Assembly (NCBI RefSeq): GCF_002310835.1
Contig: NZ_CP011041.1
Location: 3,120,001 to 3,152,000 of the forward strand
Source of the DNA: Pseudoalteromonas tetraodonis
GTDB lineage: Bacteria > Pseudomonadota > Gammaproteobacteria > Enterobacterales > Alteromonadaceae
DNA: 32,000 bases
Direction of reading: 5' to 3'
Shown piece by piece: positions 18,247 through 24,523 of the stretch (its first letter is position 1; the number at the start of each line of letters is the position of its first letter). The notes beneath the pieces are model-generated. The model did no database searches, was not told the origin of the DNA, and worked only from the letters and a program-made list of their open reading frames with translations. The position numbers and the translations under genes were made by a program.

Positions 18247-18549
18247 TTAGCCCTTGCAAAACAGTCCATATAATGTGCCTAACAAATGCACGGCATTTTG
18301 ATCAATCACGCGGTAATAAATAGTTTGGCTTTCGCGGCGAGTAGCCACTACATTGGCTTTGCGCAGTGCCGCTAGGTGCTGTGATAACGCAGACTGCGCT
18401 AGCGGTACGGCTTCGTTAAGCTGCGAAACACTCATTTCGGTATCTTGTAATGAGCATAAAATCATTAGTCGATTTTTATTCGCTAATATTTTTAATAGCT
18501 GCTCAGCTTGATCCACATTAGTCGCCATCGCTGTAAAGTCAATTTTCAT
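18247..18549 (-). CDS. ArsR/SmtB-family transcriptional repressor, YgaV/BigR-like two-cysteine type
   Basis: 100 aa. AEQLLKILANKNRLMILCSL....SVSQLNEAV.L.QSALSQHLAALRKANVV..RRE.QTIYY, with the C-terminus LLGTLYGLFCKG. It parallels E. coli YgaV (..HPKRLLILCML.., ..TLKNVYCP), including both Cys positions. Confidence 0.8.
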   Translation of the reverse strand: MKIDFTAMATNVDQAEQLLKILANKNRLMILCSLQDTEMSVSQLNEAVPLAQSALSQHLAALRKANVVATRRESQTIYYRVIDQNAVHLLGTLYGLFCKG

Positions 18550-18578
18550 ACTATGCTCTTATTCTAAAATATGCACTT

Positions 18579-18607
18579 AGTATAAATTGCTAGATAAGAA
18601 ATGTCTA
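18579..18607 (-). promoter_or_regulatory. Candidate sigma-70 promoter of the ArsR-RND operon
   Basis: On the minus strand: TAGACA (18602-18607), a 17-nt spacer, then TATACT (18579-18584). Each hexamer matches consensus at 5 of 6 positions with optimal spacing, about 30 nt upstream of the ATG at 18549. Confidence 0.5.
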
Positions 18608-18615
18608 ATATTAGA
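18604..18615. promoter_or_regulatory. Perfect 12-bp palindrome TCTAATATTAGA, candidate ArsR-family operator
   Basis: The sequence is self-complementary. It overlaps the -35 (TAGACA) of the minus-strand promoter and abuts a possible plus-strand -35 (TTTACT, 18617-18622). The half-site TCTAATAT recurs at 18635-18642, over a possible plus-strand -10 (TATAGT, 18640-18645). Confidence 0.45.
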
Positions 18616-18680
18616 ATTTACTAATTTAATAATATCTAATATAGTAGCTCTGTACTCAATCAAATAAGTGACCTACTATT

Positions 18681-18869
18681 ATGAAACTCAATAACGCACT
18701 TCGTCTTATCGCTGGCATCATGATTGTTGTATCAATCCTTTTGCAAACGTATCACGATCCGAAGTGGATATACTTTACCGCTTTTATCGCTGTAAACTTA
18801 ATCCAATCAGCTTTTACTAGCTGGTGCCCAATGATCACTCTATTACGCAAACTTGGCTTTAAGGAATAA
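18681..18869 (+). CDS. DUF2892 (YgaP C-terminal-like) small two-TM membrane protein
   Basis: 62 aa. N.LRLIAGIMIVVSILL... is followed by a second helix ending in the family-typical Cys motif FTSWCPMITLLRKLG. Confidence 0.75.
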   Translation: MKLNNALRLIAGIMIVVSILLQTYHDPKWIYFTAFIAVNLIQSAFTSWCPMITLLRKLGFKE

Positions 18870-18874
18870 TCACC

Positions 18875-19219
18875 ATGCTTACATCTATCCCCGATTTACT
18901 AAAAATTATTACGCCTAATCAACGTCGCATCGACGCCGAACAAGCTAAACAAGAGATCAGTGAAAACAAAGGATTACTCATTGATGTGCGTGAACCGGCT
19001 GAACATGCAACCAAAGCCGCTACTGGCGCAATTAATATTCCGCGCGGCTTACTTGAAATGAAGTTAATGGAAATAGAAAAAGACGCAGCACGCCCTATTT
19101 ACTTACATTGCGCTAGTGGTGCGCGTGCAACATTAAGCGCTGAAGCACTGACACGCGTAGGTTATGAAAACGTCACAGTTATTACCTGTAAAGCAGAAGC
19201 TGTTTGTCAGGCATTTTAA
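18875..19219 (+). CDS. Single-domain rhodanese-like sulfurtransferase
   Basis: 114 aa. It contains LIDVREPAEH, INIPRG and the active-site loop YLHCASGARA (Cys-X5-Arg-type loop). It starts 5 nt after the DUF2892 gene. Confidence 0.85.
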   Translation: MLTSIPDLLKIITPNQRRIDAEQAKQEISENKGLLIDVREPAEHATKAATGAINIPRGLLEMKLMEIEKDAARPIYLHCASGARATLSAEALTRVGYENVTVITCKAEAVCQAF

Positions 19220-19238
19220 AGGCCAAAAATTAAATCTC

Positions 19239-19260
19239 TCGGCGATCAACCGATCGCCGA
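19239..19260. terminator. Hairpin between convergent genes (rhodanese / bPH_2), a possible bidirectional terminator
   Basis: tcggcgatc-aacc-gatcgccga, a 9-bp GC-rich stem. It is flanked by A/T-rich sequence, but no long U-tract follows on either strand. Confidence 0.45.
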
Positions 19261-19281
19261 AAATTAATGTATACCTGCGCC

Positions 19282-19824
19282 TTACTTCCTCTCATCCAAC
19301 AAGTTGACTAACATTTGCTCGATATTTTTTACGCTGTAGGTAAGCGAGCGGATGAGCTCTACTTGGCTTTGTGGTTCATCGTTATTAGATTGGGCTGGCT
19401 GATCTGAAGTGAGGTTATCTTTTTGAGTTAAAATGGCTTCACGAAATTCACTGGCATTAACTACCCCAAGTAACGATACTAATGCACCGTGACCAGACTG
19501 CCCTGCAGTTTCAAAGCTTAAGCGGTATAAACCAAATAGTCGCATTAATGGCCCCTGACTTAATCCCACATCAGTGATTTTTTCAAGCGGAATCGATTTT
19601 TCTTCTTTAAACAAAATACCACGTTTAACCACTAGCTTGCGCTCTAGTAAATCGGCCGACATAGCTGCTAATACTCGCCTTGCGACTAGCCACACCAAAA
19701 GCAATACAACGGGTAAAAGCACAATAGTTACAACTGGAAAAAGGCTAAATATTGCAGCTAAACACATCCAGTACTGTTTGACTTTGTTATCAAAAGTGGC
19801 ACTTTTTAAAATTATATTAGACAT
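19282..19824 (-). CDS. bPH_2 (YdbS/YdbT-like, membrane-flanked PH) domain protein
   Basis: 180 aa. It has two N-terminal TM helices followed by ERKLVVKRGILFKEEKSIPLEKITDVGLSQGPLMRLFGLYRLSFETAG, the bacterial PH-domain signature. Confidence 0.7.
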   Translation of the reverse strand: MSNIILKSATFDNKVKQYWMCLAAIFSLFPVVTIVLLPVVLLLVWLVARRVLAAMSADLLERKLVVKRGILFKEEKSIPLEKITDVGLSQGPLMRLFGLYRLSFETAGQSGHGALVSLLGVVNASEFREAILTQKDNLTSDQPAQSNNDEPQSQVELIRSLTYSVKNIEQMLVNLLDERK

Positions 19825-19901
19825 CGTTTTATCACTTTTAAATTATAGTTTTTTTAAGTTACATTAATTACCAACTGTACGCAATTCAATCACTTTGATA
19901 G

Positions 19902-20519
19902 TTAAAATCCTATTACCACTTTGATCGCAAGCGCAATAAATACCATACCTAATAGTCTATCTAACCACACATTTTGCTTGGTAAAGCCAAAGCGCTTTTT
20001 AGACACATCAGTGAGTAAAGCCACCAATAAATACCACCCAGTATCTATTACAAAAACGGTTAAGCACATAATAATACCGATGTTTAATGTAAGGTTTTCT
20101 GGATCGATAAACTGCGAAAATAGCGCCAAAAAGAAAATTGCCAACTTAGGATTTAAAAATGCAATCGCAAAACCATCTTGTAACGCCTTAGAACTGCTCA
20201 CTGCACTTTTTTGAACTTGCAGCTCGCTGTCGTTAGGTTTTGAAAATAGTATTTTCAAACCTAAATACGCTAAATAGGCTGCCCCTAAGTACACTAAAAA
20301 TTGATACACAGTAGGAAACTGCAACATCAATGCGCCTAATCCCAATAATGAGGCCGCTGCATATAAGCCAACCCCAAAACCATGGCTTAACGCTGCCAGC
20401 ATGCCATTTTTCATCCCGCCATTTAAGCTATGCTTTAATACCACAGCTAAACTAGGCCCTGGCGACATTGCGCCCATCATGCATACCAGTGCTAAGCTAA
20501 ACCATAATGATAATGCCAT
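19902..20519 (-). CDS. LysE/RhtB-family amino-acid (or homoserine-lactone) exporter
   Basis: 205 aa with about 6 TM helices. The N-terminal family motif is GAMSPGPSLAVVLKHSL. Length and topology are typical of LysE translocators. Confidence 0.8.
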   Translation of the reverse strand: MALSLWFSLALVCMMGAMSPGPSLAVVLKHSLNGGMKNGMLAALSHGFGVGLYAAASLLGLGALMLQFPTVYQFLVYLGAAYLAYLGLKILFSKPNDSELQVQKSAVSSSKALQDGFAIAFLNPKLAIFFLALFSQFIDPENLTLNIGIIMCLTVFVIDTGWYLLVALLTDVSKKRFGFTKQNVWLDRLLGMVFIALAIKVVIGF

Positions 20520-20528
20520 TAGTAACCC

Positions 20529-20711
20529 TTATATTTCTTCATTTTCAATAAGTAATGCATAACCATGCACTTGCCCATAAAAGCCTGTCAATGGCACTGC
20601 GTTTATTACTTTCCAGCCGTCTTGGTTTAATTCCTGTATGCGATCATTTAGTGCGACTATATCTACCCCACCCAAAAAACGGGACTTTCTGAATTCGATT
20701 ACTTTTTGCAT
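20529..20711 (-). CDS. Small hypothetical protein (60 aa), possibly DUF4177-like
   Basis: The ORF lies 9 nt upstream of the LysE gene and 17 nt downstream of the DUF3224 gene on the same strand. It contains a GW.V motif in the second half. The family call is weak. Confidence 0.5.
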   Translation of the reverse strand: MQKVIEFRKSRFLGGVDIVALNDRIQELNQDGWKVINAVPLTGFYGQVHGYALLIENEEI

Positions 20712-20728
20712 TTTAATCCTTATTGAAC

Positions 20729-21127
20729 TTATAACATGTATTCAAAATCGTAATGGTGAATCCCTTGCTCAATCCGTATTTTCATACTGCCGGTTAATCC
20801 TGCGAGCTCATCAGTGCCTGAGTCGGGTACCACTTTTAAAATCAAGCTATCTTGGCCTTTATCCATGGTGCCAAAATGCTGCAGTACAAAACCACCTTGC
20901 AAACCATCAAGTTCGCCTATTACTTGTTCAATAGCCACATAACCGGCACTGCCTTGGGTGGGGGTCATGGCGCTGAGCATTTCACCTTGGCTAGTTGCGG
21001 TTAGGCCACCAGTAAATTGTTTATCAATCGACATACGACCTAAATTAACGCCTTGCTGCCCGTGTGCATACCCCTCTATAGGCGCTAATGAAACGGTAAA
21101 CTCGCCTGTTACCTGTTTAGTTGTCAT
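20729..21127 (-). CDS. DUF3224 domain protein
   Basis: 132 aa. The pattern KQFTGGLTATSQGEML......GSAGYVAIEQV.G.L.G..G.FVLQH.G.M..G...L...VVP.SGT.EL.GL.G is characteristic of DUF3224. Confidence 0.65.
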   Translation of the reverse strand: MTTKQVTGEFTVSLAPIEGYAHGQQGVNLGRMSIDKQFTGGLTATSQGEMLSAMTPTQGSAGYVAIEQVIGELDGLQGGFVLQHFGTMDKGQDSLILKVVPDSGTDELAGLTGSMKIRIEQGIHHYDFEYML

Positions 21128-21135
21128 AATTTTTC

Positions 21136-21207
21136 CTTATTGATGATTTTTAATACTATTGATTTTTAATCTATTGATGCCATATCTATACCTTAATCAT
21201 CAATAAG
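21136..21207. repeat. Cluster of TATTGAT motifs in a divergent promoter region
   Basis: TATTGAT occurs at 21138-21144, 21157-21163 and 21172-21178 (direct copies), plus an inverted copy inside tcatcaataag (21197-21207). That last element is the exact reverse complement of cttattgatga (21136-21146). The first two direct copies are each followed by a T-run and TAAT (gaTTTTTAAT / TTTTTAAT). Confidence 0.4.
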
Positions 21208-21215
21208 AATCTACT

Positions 21216-22994
21216 ATGCCTACAGACAAGCCTGCTTCAGATAAAGCCGCCTTTAGCGCTTTATTCCCTATATTCAATTTTATTAAGCCTTATAAATGGG
21301 TAGTTTTAGGGGCTTTAGTGGCGTTACTTGCCACCGCAGGAGTTAACTTATCGCTAGGGCAAGGCGTTAAATTTGTGATTGATCATGGCTTTATTGCCGG
21401 CTCGCAAGCGCAATTACAACAAGCTGTTTTGGTATTAATTGGCTTAATCAGTTTATTGGCAGTGGGTACATTCAGCCGATTTTATTTAATGTCGTGGATT
21501 GGCGAACGAGTCAGTAACGACATTCGAAAAGCCGTGTTTAATCGTATTGTTACCTTGCACCCGAGTTACTTTGAAGAAAATCGTAGCGGCGAGCTGATGT
21601 CGCGTTTAACCACCGACACCACATTATTACAATCTATTATTGGCTCGTCATTTTCTATGGCACTGCGAAGCGCGCTAATGTTAGTCGGTGGTTTAATTAT
21701 GCTGCTTGTTACTAATTTAAAGCTTACCTTGGTCGTTGTGGCCTGCGTCCCTTTAGTACTGGTGCCTATGATAGTGTTTGGTAAAAAGGTGCGCAAACTC
21801 GCCAGTTCTAGCCAAGATGCTATTGCCGATATAAGCACCTACGCGGGTGAGATCATTCAAAACATAAAAGTGGTACAAAGTTATAGCCACGAACATCAAG
21901 AACAATCTGCTTTTGCGCTTGAAACCGAAAAGGCCTTTAATGTGGCTAAAAGCCGAATTAAACAACGTTCGTTTTTAATTGCAGCTGTTATTTTTCTTAC
22001 CTTTAGTGCTATTAGTGCCATGCTCTGGGTAGGCGGTAGTGATGTGTTAGCAGGCACTATGACGGGCGGTGAACTCGGTGCTTTTGTGTTTTATGCCATT
22101 ATGGTGGCCATGTCGGTAGCGACCGTTGCAGAGGTTTATGGTGAACTACAGCGCGCCGCAGGAGCCGCAGCAAGATTGCTCGAACTGCTCGCCGTTGAAA
22201 GTAAAATACAAAACCCCGAAATTCCACAAGATGATGAGTTACATGCAACAACCAGCAACAGTGCAATTTCACTTGAAGGTATTAGTTTTAATTACCCTTC
22301 TCGCCCAGATGTAAGCGCATTAAATAATATCAGCTTAAATATTGAAACAGGTAAAACTGTGGCTATTGTTGGCCCTTCCGGTGCGGGTAAAACTACCTTA
22401 TTTGAACTATTGCAGCGCTTTTACGATCCAGCCAGCGGAGCGATTAAGTTTCATAATATAGATATTAAACAGTTGTCGTTAAACACCTTACGCAACAAAA
22501 TGGGCATGGTGGCACAAAACCCGATTTTATTTAGCTCTGATGTCATGCATAACATTCGCTATGGCAACCCAAGCGCCAGTGACGAGCAAGTTTATGCGGC
22601 CGCCAAACATGCACATGCTGATGAATTTATAAAACAGTTACCACAAGGCTATAACAGCTTTTTAGGTGAGCAAGGTGTTAGGCTTTCGGGTGGGCAAAAG
22701 CAGCGTATTGTACTTGCCCGCGCCATTTTAAAAGATCCCGAAATACTGCTACTCGATGAAGCTACCAGCGCACTTGATGCGCAAAGCGAGCATCATGTTC
22801 AGGCCGCACTTGAGCACTTAATGCAAAATAGAACAACGCTGATTATTGCCCATAGACTAGCCACGGTAAAACACGCCGATATGATTGTGGTAATGGAAAA
22901 TGGCGAAATAAAAGCCACAGGCACTCATCAGCAATTAATGGCAAGCAACCCTTTGTATCAAAAGCTATGTGAATTACAGTTTAATCTAGATTGA
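21216..22994 (+). CDS. ABC exporter half-transporter (fused TMD-NBD, ABCB/MsbA-like)
   Basis: 592 aa with a 6-TM N-terminal domain. The NBD has Walker A GPSGAGKTT, signature LSGGQKQRIVLARAIL, Walker B LLLDEATSALD, and an H-loop IAHRL. Confidence 0.9.
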   Translation: MPTDKPASDKAAFSALFPIFNFIKPYKWVVLGALVALLATAGVNLSLGQGVKFVIDHGFIAGSQAQLQQAVLVLIGLISLLAVGTFSRFYLMSWIGERVSNDIRKAVFNRIVTLHPSYFEENRSGELMSRLTTDTTLLQSIIGSSFSMALRSALMLVGGLIMLLVTNLKLTLVVVACVPLVLVPMIVFGKKVRKLASSSQDAIADISTYAGEIIQNIKVVQSYSHEHQEQSAFALETEKAFNVAKSRIKQRSFLIAAVIFLTFSAISAMLWVGGSDVLAGTMTGGELGAFVFYAIMVAMSVATVAEVYGELQRAAGAAARLLELLAVESKIQNPEIPQDDELHATTSNSAISLEGISFNYPSRPDVSALNNISLNIETGKTVAIVGPSGAGKTTLFELLQRFYDPASGAIKFHNIDIKQLSLNTLRNKMGMVAQNPILFSSDVMHNIRYGNPSASDEQVYAAAKHAHADEFIKQLPQGYNSFLGEQGVRLSGGQKQRIVLARAILKDPEILLLDEATSALDAQSEHHVQAALEHLMQNRTTLIIAHRLATVKHADMIVVMENGEIKATGTHQQLMASNPLYQKLCELQFNLD

Positions 22995-23008
22995 TTGCAA
23001 TTTAGTCG

Positions 23009-23680
23009 CTACTTTTTATCAAGCCATTTATTCATTGCGGTATCGTAAGCCTCAGTTAGCTTGGTTTTATCGCACTTTGCACCAACAATATAACTCTCTG
23101 GCAAGTCATTTTTTGGCATAACTCCAGCACCAACGGATACCTTTTTAAAACAGCTATCACCTCGTCGGTAAGTGGTAAATTGCATATTTTGCTGCTCTAT
23201 TTTTAATAGCGGCTTCACCTTCCCTGCATGCTCTTTTGGGACGGTAATGCGCTTTTTCTGAGGGTCATTCTTTGCAGTATCAGAATAGCCAGTTTGTTGC
23301 TGTAAAATACTATTGAGCCCTTTTTTCAGGTCGATCTTTTTATAAGACTTTGCGGTTACAGGGTGGGTGTTTATGGAGGTGGTACTTACCGGCTCAGTCG
23401 TCTCCTTTGTTTTTTTATTAGTCGCATTTAGTGGTTTTGATTGGGTTGCATTAACAGGCTTGGTTGGGGTTATTTCTGTATTAACATTTTTATTAGCGCT
23501 TTGCTGAGTGGCTTGTTGCGTTACTTTAGTTTTGGCAGGCACATTCACCATATACGCTTTAATTGGCGTTAATTGCGGCTGTTTAATTTTAGGGGCTTTT
23601 AAGGTAGTTAAAAAAAACAAAACTAACCCATGTAAACATACCGATAAAATAATTGCTGTACGCCAATTTGTCATAAACAT
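23009..23680 (-). CDS. Membrane-anchored hypothetical protein with a T/N/Q/K/P-rich linker
   Basis: 223 aa. It has a TolA/TonB-like N-terminal anchor (WRTAIILSVCLHGLVLFFL), a roughly 100-aa low-complexity linker, and a C-terminal roughly 70-aa region with 2 Cys. The ATG at 23674 has better SD spacing (TAGGGA). Confidence 0.6.
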   Translation of the reverse strand: MFMTNWRTAIILSVCLHGLVLFFLTTLKAPKIKQPQLTPIKAYMVNVPAKTKVTQQATQQSANKNVNTEITPTKPVNATQSKPLNATNKKTKETTEPVSTTSINTHPVTAKSYKKIDLKKGLNSILQQQTGYSDTAKNDPQKKRITVPKEHAGKVKPLLKIEQQNMQFTTYRRGDSCFKKVSVGAGVMPKNDLPESYIVGAKCDKTKLTEAYDTAMNKWLDKK

Positions 23681-23710
23681 GTCCCTATGAAGAACTCCTT
23701 ATGACAACTA

Positions 23711-23739
23711 ACTTATTTAAAAGTGCCCTTTAAATAAGT
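23711..23739. other. AT-rich 11-bp perfect hairpin adjacent to the OmpA-family gene terminator
   Basis: acttatttaaa (23711-23721) / tttaaataagt (23729-23739) with a 7-nt loop agtgccc. It lies about 30 nt upstream of the start of the 23009-23680 gene. Confidence 0.3.
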
Positions 23740-23741
23740 AC

Positions 23742-23767
23742 ACAAACCGCGCGCAAACGCGGTTTGT
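23742..23767 (-). terminator. Terminator hairpin after the OmpA-family lipoprotein gene
   Basis: acaaaccgcg-cgcaaa-cgcggtttgt, a 10-bp stem, 12 nt beyond the stop at 23779. The downstream minus-strand sequence is moderately T-rich. Confidence 0.55.
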
Positions 23768-23778
23768 AATTACAAAAG

Positions 23779-24411
23779 CTAACCTTGAGTGTTTGGTACA
23801 ATTTGAATTTCTACTCGGCGATTTTGCGCACGACCATTCGCTGTGTCGTTAGTCGCTATTGGGCGTGATTCGCCATAGCCACTCGTGCTTACTCGTGCCG
23901 CCATAATTTGCTGGTTCACTAAGTAGTTTTTTACACTTTGTGCACGCTGCTCTGAAAGAGTCATGTTGTAACTGTCTTTGCCCGTGCTGTCGGTGTGACC
24001 TTCAACACTTAAGTAGGTTTTTTCGTATTTATTCATTACACTTGCTATCGCATTTAGAGTGTCATGAAAGCCCGATGAAATATAAGATTGATCAGTCGCA
24101 AACGTAATATTAGAGGGCATCACTAAGCGTAAGTTATCGCCTTCACGAACCACTTCAACTCCCGAACCCGCTAACTCATCACGAAAAGCAGCTTCTTGTT
24201 TATCCATGTAATCACCTACAGCAGCACCCGCTAGCGCACCAATAGCTGCACCAATAAAAATACGCTTATCTTTATGATTACCTGTAGCTTTACCTAAAAT
24301 ACCACCCGCGGCTGCACCAATAGCGGCACCTTTACCTGTGTTATTCATTTCACAGCCAGAAAGTAATACAGCAACGACAGTGACACTTAAAAGTGATTTA
24401 GTTAACGTCAT
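23779..24411 (-). CDS. OmpA-family lipoprotein with an N-terminal glycine-zipper (YiaD-like)
   Basis: Lipobox LLSGC. The Gly-zipper is GAAIGAAAGGILG...GAAIGALAGAAVG. The OmpA_C peptidoglycan-binding domain is VEGHTDSTG....N..LS..RA.SV..YL......R....GYGE..P.A.N.T..GRAQNRRVEI. The architecture parallels E. coli YiaD. Confidence 0.85.
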   Translation of the reverse strand: MTLTKSLLSVTVVAVLLSGCEMNNTGKGAAIGAAAGGILGKATGNHKDKRIFIGAAIGALAGAAVGDYMDKQEAAFRDELAGSGVEVVREGDNLRLVMPSNITFATDQSYISSGFHDTLNAIASVMNKYEKTYLSVEGHTDSTGKDSYNMTLSEQRAQSVKNYLVNQQIMAARVSTSGYGESRPIATNDTANGRAQNRRVEIQIVPNTQG

Positions 24412-24523
24412 GGTGATTTCCTATTCATTTAGAATTTATTATTGCGATTATGCAAATATATGTATGAACCAACAATGAAGAATAACGTATAAGCGTTGAT
24501 ATTGCCTATCAAATAAGGAAGTA

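Noticed and set aside
14519-18323. Plus-strand ORFs inside or overlapping the RND adaptor, permease and ArsR genes (14519-14845, 15405-15602, 16063-16293, 16464-16691, 16740-17069, 18075-18323). Also the TTG starts at 15000 and 18259 used by the ORF track.
   Set aside because: The internal ORFs are antisense shadows. The TTG starts lack SD sequences and extend into the upstream genes. ATG codons with SD-like sequences occur a few codons downstream.
19574-21143. Plus-strand ORFs of 61-98 aa opposite the bPH_2, LysE, 60-aa and DUF3224 genes (19574-19867, 19921-20214, 20638-20934, 20958-21143).
   Set aside because: They are shadow ORFs opposite genes with recognisable family signatures and have no translation-initiation signals.
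21136-21207. Possibility that the TATTGAT cluster is a Fur box.
   Set aside because: The best by-eye alignment to GATAATGATAATCATTATC matches only about 9 of 13 core positions and lacks the dyad structure. It is kept as a generic repeat, not called as Fur.
24496-24512. TTGATAttgccTATCAA inverted repeat just upstream of the possible GTG start of chrA.
   Set aside because: It is only a 6-bp-arm dyad in AT-rich DNA, so it is likely by chance. No adjacent regulator gene supports it.
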